From positions 192,001 to 256,000 of the forward strand of contig CAWBWQ010000001.1 in the NCBI GenBank assembly GCA_963792535.1: a stretch of 64,000 bases of DNA, read 5' to 3'. The first letter of the stretch is position 1. Each line of letters starts with the position of its first letter. Below, one piece after another: positions 31,383 to 40,363 of the stretch. The translations under genes and the position numbers were made by a program. A model generated the notes under the pieces. The model saw only the letters and a program-made list of their open reading frames with translations, was not told the origin of the DNA and searched no databases. This stretch comes from an uncultured Phycisphaerales bacterium. Lineage in GTDB: Bacteria > Planctomycetota > Phycisphaerae > Tepidisphaerales > Tepidisphaeraceae.

Positions 31383-32144
31383 CTACCGATTTGCGTACAT
31401 CATGTTCCGCATGCCGATCCAATACGTCTGGAAAAGATATAAAGCGGAAATGACCACCAGTGCGCACAGGGCATAGAGGTAAATCATCGGTGAATTGAAG
31501 GGTAACGCGGCGGCAAAGAGCGTGCGGGCAAGTTGGTAACCTTCGACAAGCACAAGCGCGGCGACCCCGACAGGAACGTAATGAGCGGAATGGTAATACA
31601 TGCCGCGGAGCACGACGGTATAGGGCAGACGCAGGCCGCGGTAGGTGGCTTCCAGCGTGGTTAATCGACCGGCCAGGCGGGTGATCCAGTCCAGCGAAAC
31701 ATAGGTCAGCAGGGTCAGGCCGAAGAGGAGGATTGCGAACATCGCCCAGGGCCCGCCGGGAAAATCCGGAGCCATGGGCGCGACGCGATAGGAAAACCAT
31801 ACCGCGTGCGTTGAACCGGCAAGGGCGAACATCGCGCCGGCGATCCACCAGTGAATTCGAGCGAAGCCTTGCGCGGCGGCGACCGAACCGCGGACATTCA
31901 GCGTCCGATAAAACCGCGCGGGCCGTAAAATGATCTCCATGGTGCTGGTGACAAACACCTTGAACCGATTTCCAGATGGCGGCGATTCCCACGCGGGCGG
32001 AATGCGCTCGTTGCCAAGGCTTTGTTCGATGGGGTGTCCGCACTCAGGACAGACGCCGTTGTTGTTGAGTCCGTTTAAAACATAACCGCAACGGGAGCAG
32101 AGGATTTCCGAAAGTTCTGGTACCCGCGGGGCGACTCGAGCCAT
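31383..32144 (-). CDS. Hypothetical membrane protein with an N-terminal zinc ribbon (Yip1-like TM region)
   Basis: CSRCGY.L.GL...CPECG followed by ~4 TM helices. Confidence 0.75.
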   Translation of the reverse strand: MARVAPRVPELSEILCSRCGYVLNGLNNNGVCPECGHPIEQSLGNERIPPAWESPPSGNRFKVFVTSTMEIILRPARFYRTLNVRGSVAAAQGFARIHWWIAGAMFALAGSTHAVWFSYRVAPMAPDFPGGPWAMFAILLFGLTLLTYVSLDWITRLAGRLTTLEATYRGLRLPYTVVLRGMYYHSAHYVPVGVAALVLVEGYQLARTLFAAALPFNSPMIYLYALCALVVISALYLFQTYWIGMRNMMYANR

Positions 32145-32177
32145 GATTGCATGATATACTCATCAGCGGCGGGAAAC

Positions 32178-32777
32178 ATGAAAACAGAGAATAAGATCCT
32201 GGCTACCGTGGTCGGCATGGCATTGCTTGCAGCAGGTTGCGACCCATCAGCGCAGCAGTCCTCAGCACCAAGCACCCGGCCCGCGGTGGTAACAACGCAG
32301 GCTCTCGAACAGGCGCCGGCGGTAACGGCGGCTTATCCGGCGCGACCCCCTTCGGTGTTTACGATTGACGGTCATGATGTAAGTTTTCCGGCCGCTCGCC
32401 TGGCTGTCGTCAGCCGCCGAAACGGGCTTACGCTGCGACTCATGAGCGACGATCCACAGGCGGCGATTGATCCGGGATACGTGGGCAACAGTTTCAGCAT
32501 GGATATGCAATTTGTGCTGGATCGGGTCGAAGATCTTCCCGGCGCTACCTGGGATCATAAACCAGCGGATGAAGATGACTCGGTCAGTGGGATTTTTATT
32601 CACGGGGTGCGGGACGGCCTTCGCCCGTATGACGTGCATGTCACGTTTCAGAAGACCGATAAGGACATTCGCGCGTATGTCGAGGGAATCTTCCTGCACG
32701 AGGACACTCAGAATCCTGTCGCGGCTCCGCAGCGCGTGCGCGTTAGTGCTTGCCTGCTGATCAACGCCGTTGAATGA
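32178..32777 (+). CDS. Hypothetical lipoprotein
   Basis: Signal peptide with lipobox LAAGC. Confidence 0.7.
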   Translation: MKTENKILATVVGMALLAAGCDPSAQQSSAPSTRPAVVTTQALEQAPAVTAAYPARPPSVFTIDGHDVSFPAARLAVVSRRNGLTLRLMSDDPQAAIDPGYVGNSFSMDMQFVLDRVEDLPGATWDHKPADEDDSVSGIFIHGVRDGLRPYDVHVTFQKTDKDIRAYVEGIFLHEDTQNPVAAPQRVRVSACLLINAVE

Positions 32778-32815
32778 TCGCCTCCGGCAACTGCGTCTTT
32801 TTCATATCTTCCGGT

Positions 32816-32908
32816 TTGACCTCCAGTCAACAACTGCTCTGTAATAGTCTTGCTGTTTTGATGCATGCCGGAATTTTTGTTGACTGACCGGCAACAGACC
32901 GATATTCT
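32816..32908 (+). promoter_or_regulatory. Promoter and two operator palindromes upstream of the XRE regulator
   Basis: TTGACT-N17-TATTCT-N8-ATG; TTGAC-N5-GTCAACA (32816-32832) and TTGAC-N5-GGCAACA (32880-32896). Confidence 0.7.
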
Positions 32909-32916
32909 GCCGGCTC

Positions 32917-33543
32917 ATGGAGACGATCCACGAGCACGCGGCAAACGTGAGTCTTTCGCTGGGCAATCGTTTGCTGGCAATTCGGGAATCGCGCGGTTGG
33001 ACGCTGGATGCGTTGGCCGAGCGATCGGGATTGTCCAAGGCGTATCTGAGCCGGCTGGAATGCGGCAACCGCCAGCCTTCAATCACGGCACTTTGTGCTG
33101 TTGCCAAGGCACTGGGTGTTTCGATTGCTTCGTTGTTCGAGCATCCGGACGAAACCAGCGCCTGTGTCATTGTGCGCAACGCATCTGTTTCGGAAAAAAA
33201 GGTGAACGGGCTCATGTATCGCCCGCTTTCCAGTTCAACCCAGCCTTTTAACCTGCAGCCCATTGAGGTCACGATCCCTTCGGATCGGAAGGGGCAGCAG
33301 GTCTATCAGCACGATGGCGAAGAATGGATTCATGTCATCGAAGGCCGCGTTCGGTTGTTAATCGCGGACCAACCCTACGTGCTTGAGTCGGGAGACTCGG
33401 CACATTTCGATTCGCGTCGCCCGCATCGGCTTAATGCGCTGGGGGGCAAGCCGGCCAGGATTATCCTGGTTGCCTGCCCGATCCCCATATCCATGAACCC
33501 GCGGCGCGGGAACGCGAACGCTTTGTCTCAGCCCGTTGGTTAG
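32917..33543 (+). CDS. XRE-family HTH + cupin transcriptional regulator (PuuR/SutR-like)
   Basis: LAERSGLSKAYLSRLE HTH; HDGEEWIHVIEG...GDSAHFDSRRPH cupin. Confidence 0.9.
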   Translation: METIHEHAANVSLSLGNRLLAIRESRGWTLDALAERSGLSKAYLSRLECGNRQPSITALCAVAKALGVSIASLFEHPDETSACVIVRNASVSEKKVNGLMYRPLSSSTQPFNLQPIEVTIPSDRKGQQVYQHDGEEWIHVIEGRVRLLIADQPYVLESGDSAHFDSRRPHRLNALGGKPARIILVACPIPISMNPRRGNANALSQPVG

Positions 33544-33673
33544 AACGGGTTTCTGTCGGCGGAAAATCAGGAAACGAGGACGCTCTGGTGGAATGGAAAC
33601 CGGTGCGCGATGCCCAGGGTACGTTACCACTTGGCGTCGCGGCCCGGAGTTGAGGCTTTACCAGGAGTTTCCA

Positions 33674-35179
33674 ATGAGTCAGGTCGACTACGCAGTTACC
33701 GTCAAACAAACCCACATGAAGCTGAAGCTCAACGCGCTGAACTTCTGGGAAGTTCTGGCCCAGGCGATTGCGCTGATTTCGCCCAGCATGACCGCGGCTT
33801 TGATCGTGCCGCTGATGTTCGGCACGTCGGGAACCTGGGGGTGGCTTTGCTACCTGTTCGGCACGGTGTTGCTGCTGTTCGTGGCTTTTAACCTCAACCA
33901 GTTTGCCAAGCGATATACATCGGCGGGAAGTATGTACGAATACACCGCCAAGGGCCTGGGGCCAAAAGTTGGCGGGGTTTCCGGCTGGTGCCTGATCTGG
34001 GCTTACCTGTTCATCGGCATCGCCGGTGTGACCGGTTTCACCCACTTTGCCACCAAGCTACTGGTGATGTCCGGCGCGAGTGGATATCTGTCGCATCCGT
34101 TTATCACGCTGTTTGCGATCTGCGTTGCCGCCGCCTGGTTCCTGGCCTACAAGGACATTACCTTCTCCACCTTGCTCATGCTGATGTTCGAAGGTGTTTC
34201 GGTGACGGTCATCATCCTGCTGGCGCTGCTGGCGCTGGCAAAGACCGGCGTGGTTGATACCGCGCAACTGCATCCATCAGGCCATGGTGTAAAAGACATC
34301 GGGCTGGGCGTGGTGGTTGCGATCTTCTCCCTGGTGGGGTTTGAATGCGCAACGGCTTTCGGGGAAGAAGCCAAGAAACCGCTGGTCACCATTCCGCGCG
34401 CCGTTATCGCGAGCCTGCTTTTCACCGGGGCTTTTTTCGTATTCATCACCTATGTCGAAACGCATGCGCTGGCTAACAACAATCCGTCGCTGGATCAGTT
34501 AGACGCGCCTCTGACCACGCTGAGCGAAAACCTGGGCGTGAAGTGGATGGGCGTGATCGTTTCGATTGGCGCGATGGTCAGCTTCTTCGCGCTGGCGATG
34601 TCGTGCATGAATGCGGGGGCCCGGGTGGTATTTACCATGGGGCGATACGGGATTTTTCCAATCTCGATCGGTTCATCGCATAAGCACAACCTCACGCCTC
34701 ACATCGCCATTACGGCGTTTGCGGTCGTTCAGTTTTTGCTTCCGACGATATTCACCCTGGCCTCTTACAAGGCCATCGGTGGCTGGCAGATGATGCCGAT
34801 CGACTGCTTTAATTATGCCGGGCTGTTCGGCGCGATGGGATTCTGCGGCGCGTATGTTTTGATTTCACTCGCGACGCCGTTCTATCTGAAAAAGATCGGT
34901 GAACTTAAACCGCTGAACATTGCGATGTCGGCCATCGCGCTGTTGCTGTTGATCGTTCCGATCGTGGGCACAGTGTGGCCGCAGCCACCGGCTCCGGAGA
35001 ATTATTTCCCTTATATCTTCGGTGCGTATGTGATTGCGGGGATTGTGCTGGTGGTGTTGCGCAGCCAGTCATCTACGGAATTCGATCGCATTCGCGACAC
35101 GATTGCCGAGCATACCGCGTCGACCGCGACGGCTCCTGCCGAAGCGGTCATGCCCGCTGCCAATGTGGTGCCGGTTTAA
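33674..35179 (+). CDS. APC-family amino acid/polyamine permease
   Basis: ~12 TM; SAGSMYEY, FSLVGFECATAFGEEAKKP; AGGAG RBS. Confidence 0.9.
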   Translation: MSQVDYAVTVKQTHMKLKLNALNFWEVLAQAIALISPSMTAALIVPLMFGTSGTWGWLCYLFGTVLLLFVAFNLNQFAKRYTSAGSMYEYTAKGLGPKVGGVSGWCLIWAYLFIGIAGVTGFTHFATKLLVMSGASGYLSHPFITLFAICVAAAWFLAYKDITFSTLLMLMFEGVSVTVIILLALLALAKTGVVDTAQLHPSGHGVKDIGLGVVVAIFSLVGFECATAFGEEAKKPLVTIPRAVIASLLFTGAFFVFITYVETHALANNNPSLDQLDAPLTTLSENLGVKWMGVIVSIGAMVSFFALAMSCMNAGARVVFTMGRYGIFPISIGSSHKHNLTPHIAITAFAVVQFLLPTIFTLASYKAIGGWQMMPIDCFNYAGLFGAMGFCGAYVLISLATPFYLKKIGELKPLNIAMSAIALLLLIVPIVGTVWPQPPAPENYFPYIFGAYVIAGIVLVVLRSQSSTEFDRIRDTIAEHTASTATAPAEAVMPAANVVPV

Positions 35180-35218
35180 TGGGTTCTCAGTCATTTTCAA
35201 ATCGAAGGGAACACACTT

Positions 35219-36037
35219 ATGTCGTCACTTACCTCCGCTGGAACTCTGGCAAGCCTGCATCGATATCCGGTTAAATCGATGATGGGCGAAGAAATAAACG
35301 CCGCGATGCTGACCGATCGCGGACTGCTGGGCGACAGGGCTTACGCCTTGCGGGACAGCGAAACCGGGATGATCGTGAGCGCGAAAAACCCACGGAAATG
35401 GCCCGGAATGTTCGGATTCCGCGCCACCTATATCACACCGCCGCAGGGAGATTCTCCCCTGCCGGCGGTGCGGGTGGGGCTTCCGGATGGAAGCTTTGCG
35501 GTGAGTTCTAAATCGGAGTTTGCCGAGCAGATTTCAATGGGCCTGGGTCGTCCGATCCAGTTGCTGGCAGCGGCGCCGTCGAGCGCGCAACTGGAGGAAT
35601 ACTGGCCGGACATGGACGGGCTGGCCCATCGCGATGCCGTCACCGATGAAGCCATGCCGCCGGGCACTTTCTTCGATCTGGCGGTGCTTCATATCCTGAC
35701 GACTTCAACGCTGGATAAGCTTCGCGCGCTTTACCCCGCCGGCCGATTCGAACCGCGGCGGTTTCGCCCGAATCTCATTATCGATACATCCGGCCAGAGC
35801 GGGTTTGTTGAAAATGAGTGGATCGGTAAAACACTCTGCATCGGGGAATCGGTGAAACTCAAAGTGACCGGGCCCTGCCCGCGCTGCGTAATGACCACGC
35901 TTGCCCAGGGAGACCTGCCGAAGGATCCAGGTGTGCTGAAAACGGCGGCAGCGCATAACGATGTGCGCGTGGGAATCTACGCATCGGTGCTGCAAGCGGG
36001 CACTGTCCACGTCGGTGATACGATCACCGTGCAGTAA
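35219..36037 (+). CDS. MOSC-domain protein (MOSC_N barrel + MOSC; YcbX/mARC-like)
   Basis: RYPVKSM, GDRAYAL, RRFRPNL, CPRC. Confidence 0.9.
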   Translation: MSSLTSAGTLASLHRYPVKSMMGEEINAAMLTDRGLLGDRAYALRDSETGMIVSAKNPRKWPGMFGFRATYITPPQGDSPLPAVRVGLPDGSFAVSSKSEFAEQISMGLGRPIQLLAAAPSSAQLEEYWPDMDGLAHRDAVTDEAMPPGTFFDLAVLHILTTSTLDKLRALYPAGRFEPRRFRPNLIIDTSGQSGFVENEWIGKTLCIGESVKLKVTGPCPRCVMTTLAQGDLPKDPGVLKTAAAHNDVRVGIYASVLQAGTVHVGDTITVQ

Positions 36038-36071
36038 TGCGTCGCGATATCTTCGACCGGGGAATTAAAGC

Positions 36072-36854
36072 GTGGCTTACCTCGCCAGAATTCTGATCTA
36101 TCCTGTAAAGTCTCTCGAACCCGTTGCGGTCCAGAGCATCCGGTCACTTAAATCGGGTGCTCTGGAAGGCGACCGCACCTTTGCCATGAAGGACAGCGGT
36201 GGAAAATTTATCAACGGAAAACGCAATCCGCGCGTGCATCTAATTCGGTCGATGTACGACCCTTTTACCCGCCTGCTTTGCCTGGGCAGGCCGGACGCCG
36301 GTCTTACCACGGCGTTTCATGTCGATCGCGATTACGAGGAAATTCAATCCTGGCTGAGCGAGTTTTTTGCCTTGCCGGTTACTCTGGATCGCAATGAGGA
36401 AATTGGTTTCCCCGATGATCTGGATTGCCCGGGTCCCACGATTGTTTCAACGGCCACACTGCGAGAGGTGGCGTCCTGGTTTTCCGGTATGAGTATCGAT
36501 CAAATTCGTCTGCGGATTCGCGCGAATCTGGAAGTTGATGGGGTTCCCGCTTTTTGGGAAGACCGCCTGTACGGCGTTAAAGACAGCCGCGTGAAATTTC
36601 GGATCGGCGCCTGCACGCTGGAGGGAAACAATCCCTGCCAGCGGTGTGCCGTTCCTCCCCGCGATCCTTTTACCGGCGCAAACGACCCACAGTTCATCAA
36701 GATTTTCTCGGCACAGCGCGAAAAGACCCTCCCGGCGTGGGCCGAGCGAACCCGGTTCAATCATTTCTATCGATTGACCACCAATACGGTCATTCCCGAA
36801 GAGCAAGCCAAACATCTCATGAGCGTCGGCGACCCGGTTGAGATTCTGGGTTGA
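36072..36854 (+). CDS. Second, divergent MOSC-domain protein
   Basis: IYPVKSL, GDRTFAM, RIRANLE, FWED, PCQRC. Confidence 0.88.
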   Translation: MAYLARILIYPVKSLEPVAVQSIRSLKSGALEGDRTFAMKDSGGKFINGKRNPRVHLIRSMYDPFTRLLCLGRPDAGLTTAFHVDRDYEEIQSWLSEFFALPVTLDRNEEIGFPDDLDCPGPTIVSTATLREVASWFSGMSIDQIRLRIRANLEVDGVPAFWEDRLYGVKDSRVKFRIGACTLEGNNPCQRCAVPPRDPFTGANDPQFIKIFSAQREKTLPAWAERTRFNHFYRLTTNTVIPEEQAKHLMSVGDPVEILG

Positions 36855-36919
36855 CCGGCGGTAACACATCAGGCTGCGGATAACCCGCCTTGATGAGGTT
36901 GAAAATGAAGGATGACCGC

Positions 36920-36947
36920 TTGACAGAAAAGCTGGTTTGGATACATT
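36920..36947 (+). promoter_or_regulatory. Sigma70 promoter of tRNA-Asp
   Basis: TTGACA-N16-TACATT. Confidence 0.65.
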
Positions 36948-36963
36948 CAGGAACTCGAGGCAA

Positions 36964-37037
36964 GGGGGCGTAGCTCAATTGGTTAGAGTACCGGCCTGTC
37001 GAGCCGGTGGTTGCGGGTTCGAGCCCCGTCGCCCTCG
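36964..37037 (+). tRNA. tRNA-Asp(GTC), CCA not encoded
   Basis: Acceptor stem GGGGGCG/CGCCCTC + discriminator G; D-arm AGCTCAATTGGTTAGAGT; anticodon arm CCGGC-CTGTCGA-GCCGG; T-loop GTTCGAG. Confidence 0.97.
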
Positions 37038-37040
37038 TTT

Positions 37041-37074
37041 AAAACCGCGTTCCCTACTCTGGGACGCGGTTTTT
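37041..37074. terminator. Bidirectional intrinsic terminator between tRNA-Asp and mutM
   Basis: AAAACCGCGTTCC...GGGACGCGGTTTTT hairpin flanked by A and T tracts. Confidence 0.8.
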
Positions 37075-37076
37075 GT

Positions 37077-37886
37077 TTAGGCGCTGCGGGCTGGCATCTG
37101 GGACAGAAGTGGGTGCTTCTACCGCCGAGGGTTAACTTTTCCACGGGTGTTTTGCATTTTCGACAGGGCAGTTCGGCACGATCGTATACCGCGTGAAGTT
37201 TCTGGAACCCGCCGGGATTTCCGTTGGCGTCAAAGTAGTCGCGCAGCGTGCTGCCACGATGATGCAGCGCCTTACGCAACGTCGACTTGATCGACCGATT
37301 CAACCTGGCGATCTGTTCAGTGGAAAGCTGGTTGGCGGGGCTCAGCGGATGGATACGCACCAGGTGCAGCGATTCGTCCACATAGATATTCCCAAGCCCG
37401 GCAATGACCGACTGATCTAGCAAGGCGACTCTTGATCGCCCGCGTGGTCCGACCGAGTTGGCGGGCCAACTGATGAACACGCAACGTCAATGGTTCGGGG
37501 CCCATATTCTGCTCGCTGGTGTCGGAGGATCCTAACCACCAGATGCCACCAAACCGACGCGGATCGCAAAAGCGAAGCTGCGTCTGGTCGAAATCGATCA
37601 GCAGGTGCGTGTGCGGCAGCAGCGGGGCGTCGGCCGGCTCCATCACCAGTCGGCCTGTCATTCCCAGGTGAATGAAAAAGCGATTCTGATCGGAAAGCTC
37701 GAACACGATCCGCTTGCCCCGGCGCGTGATGCCTGTGACGACGCGACCCACCGATGCCGATGCGAAATCAAAACCAGTGGGCGACAGTACATCGGCTCGC
37801 CGCAGGTTCACGCGCGAAATGATCCGGCCGACCAGCGCGGGGGCGAGGGAATTCACAACGGTCTGGACTTCGGGCAGTTCGGGCAT
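37077..37886 (-). CDS. mutM: Formamidopyrimidine-DNA glycosylase (frameshifts ~37428 and probably ~37090)
   Basis: MPELPEV, RRGK, HLGMTG, DPRRFG, LLDQSVIAGLGNIYVDE, zinc finger CRKC..CPRCQ. Confidence 0.93.
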
Positions 37887-38123
37887 CGGGGTTTTCTCAG
37901 GTATCTTAGGCGGTTTACCTGAGGCGGGAAGGCGATTCTCCAAGCGAGTTTCAACAGCTCTAATTTCACGTAAGAAATCTTCTGGCGGGGCAATGAAAAA
38001 TCACATGCAAAATTATTTTTCGAACCGTTGATATTTCGTTACATCTGATACGATTACTTTCCATTGCTGGCCGCGACACTGGCCAGTTTTTTTTCGCGAC
38101 ACGATGGGAGCAGGAAACCGAAG

Positions 38124-40106
38124 ATGACGACACTTGACGAACCACTGACTCACTCCGACGCAATTCCGAATGCGGATGCAAACGGGCACGTTGTCGCACC
38201 GGCCAAGAGCTGGACGCTGGCCGACAGCGCCAAGCTGTATGGTATTCAACAGTGGGGCGGCGGTTATTTTAATATCAATGCCGAGGGGCATGTGGCGGTG
38301 AATCCGACACAGGATCCCAAGGTGAGCATCGACTTGAAGAAACTGATCGACGAGCTGCGCGAGCGCGATATCGCGCTGCCAATCCTGCTGCGTTTTACCG
38401 ATATTCTCAGGCATCGGGTGGGCAAGCTGCATTCGGCTTTTGCCAATGCGATTCGCGATCACGATTATCACGGTGAATATCGCTGTGTTTATCCGGTGAA
38501 AGTGAATCAGCAGAAACACGTCGTTGAAGAGATCAACAATATCGGCAAGGAATACGGGTTTGGCCTTGAGGCGGGCAGTAAACCGGAATTGCTTGCGGTG
38601 CTGGCGATTGTCGATGACGACAACACACCGATTATCTGCAACGGTTTTAAAGACGATGAGTTCATCGAAGCGGTGATTCTCGCGACCAAGATCGGCAAGA
38701 ACATTATTCCCGTGGTGGAAAAGTTCAGCGAGCTGGAACTGATCGTGAAGTATGCCAAGCTGCATCATGTGAAACCGAGCATCGGTGTGCGCGTGAAACT
38801 CGCGGCCAAGGGGGCGGGCCGCTGGGAGCAGTCCGGTGGGGTGCGCAGCAAGTTTGGTCTGTTCATCTCCGAGGTGATGGAAGCGCTGGAATATCTTCGC
38901 AAAAATGGCATGGGCGACTGCCTGAACCTGCTGCACTTTCACCTGGGCAGCCAGATCAACAATATCCGCAACATCAAGCACGCGATCATCGAACTGGTCC
39001 GCGTCTATGTCGAAATGCAGCGCCTCGGCGCGGGCCTGAAATATATCGATGTCGGTGGCGGCCTGGGTGTCGACTATGACGGCAGCAAGACCGACTTCGG
39101 ATCGAGCATCAATTACGGCCTGCAGGAATACGCCAACGACGTGGTCTTCCACGTCAAGGAAATCTGCGATCAGTGCGATGTCGAACACCCGACCATCATC
39201 AGCGAATCCGGCCGGGCCATGGTCGCACACCACAGCGTGCTGGTTTTTAACGTGCTGGGCTGGAGCGGTTTTGCCCGTTTTGATGTGCCCGCGACCCTGA
39301 CCCCCGAGGAACGCGAAGCCCTGCCCGCCCCGGTGATCAATCTGTTCGATTCCTACGCCGGTCTAAACGACCAGAATTTCATGGAATATTACCATGACGG
39401 CCAGATCAGTAAGGACGCGGTGCTCAACCTCTTCAGCCTGGGCTATTGCTCGCTGGAGCATCGCAGCCTGGCCGAGCGGTTGTTTTACGCGATCTGCTCG
39501 AAGGTGCTGAACATCATTCACAAGATGGATTATGTTCCCGACGAGTTTGAGGGGCTGGAGGCGATGCTGTCCGATACGTATTTCTGCAACTACTCGATTT
39601 TTCAATCGATGCCGGACAGTTGGGCGATCGACCAGCTCTTTCCGATCATGCCGATTCATCAGCTGGAAATTGAACCGACCTGTCGCGGAATCCTCGCCGA
39701 CATCACCTGCGACAGCGACGGCAAGGTAGACCGATTCATCGACCGGCGGCGCGTGAAATCAGTCCTGGAACTCCACCCCTACGACGGCAAGGATTATTTC
39801 CTCGCGACATTCCTCGTCGGTGCCTATCAGGAAATTTTAGGCGATCTGCACAATCTTCTGGGCGACACCAATGCCGTGCATGTCAGCGTAGACGAAACCG
39901 GCCGATTCACAGTAGATGAAGTGGTCGAAGGCGACACCGTCCGCGAGGTGCTGCAGTATGTGCAGTTCAACGCCGATGATCTAAAACGCGCAATGCGCAA
40001 AAGCGTTGAGCGGGCGCTGCGCGAGCAGAAGTTGACGATTGATGAATCAAGGGTGCTGTTGAAGTTCTACGAGAACGGCCTCGAAGGCTACACCTATCTT
40101 GAATAG
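38124..40106 (+). CDS. speA: Biosynthetic arginine decarboxylase
   Basis: VYPVKVNQ (PLP lysine), EAGSKPEL, HFHLGSQI, DVGGGLGVDYDG, DITCDSDG, GAYQEILG. Confidence 0.95.
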   Translation: MTTLDEPLTHSDAIPNADANGHVVAPAKSWTLADSAKLYGIQQWGGGYFNINAEGHVAVNPTQDPKVSIDLKKLIDELRERDIALPILLRFTDILRHRVGKLHSAFANAIRDHDYHGEYRCVYPVKVNQQKHVVEEINNIGKEYGFGLEAGSKPELLAVLAIVDDDNTPIICNGFKDDEFIEAVILATKIGKNIIPVVEKFSELELIVKYAKLHHVKPSIGVRVKLAAKGAGRWEQSGGVRSKFGLFISEVMEALEYLRKNGMGDCLNLLHFHLGSQINNIRNIKHAIIELVRVYVEMQRLGAGLKYIDVGGGLGVDYDGSKTDFGSSINYGLQEYANDVVFHVKEICDQCDVEHPTIISESGRAMVAHHSVLVFNVLGWSGFARFDVPATLTPEEREALPAPVINLFDSYAGLNDQNFMEYYHDGQISKDAVLNLFSLGYCSLEHRSLAERLFYAICSKVLNIIHKMDYVPDEFEGLEAMLSDTYFCNYSIFQSMPDSWAIDQLFPIMPIHQLEIEPTCRGILADITCDSDGKVDRFIDRRRVKSVLELHPYDGKDYFLATFLVGAYQEILGDLHNLLGDTNAVHVSVDETGRFTVDEVVEGDTVREVLQYVQFNADDLKRAMRKSVERALREQKLTIDESRVLLKFYENGLEGYTYLE

Positions 40107-40363
40107 TCATTCAGCCCGCAGCAGACTCCCCTTGCTGAGTTCAGGCAATTGCAGAGATCGGTGGCTTATGGCCAGCGTCGCGCACTGGCGGAACAGAAGC
40201 AATTGCTTCTGTGGCAAATGAATCGTTTGCATTAGAACGATTGATTTCATTCCACATCCATTCGCATTCTCAAATCGTGTTTGCTAGATGTCAGAATTTT
40301 CCTGACAAATGGTCTGCCGCAGGATAGTTTGGGCTTTCATCTCCCATCTTGAAAGGCGAAAGA

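Noticed and set aside
36964..37075. tRNA-Asp as integration site of a genomic island
   Set aside because: No integrase and no duplicated tRNA 3' end seen in the window
36983..37076. MutM C-terminal tail running antisense through tRNA-Asp
   Set aside because: One extra base near 37090 gives a stop at 37077, just before the terminator; probable read error
38013..39233. Long antisense ORFs (also 11208..12290, 50539..51582, 44392..45180, 53149..53907)
   Set aside because: Shadow ORFs opposite well-supported genes, expected from GC-rich codon bias
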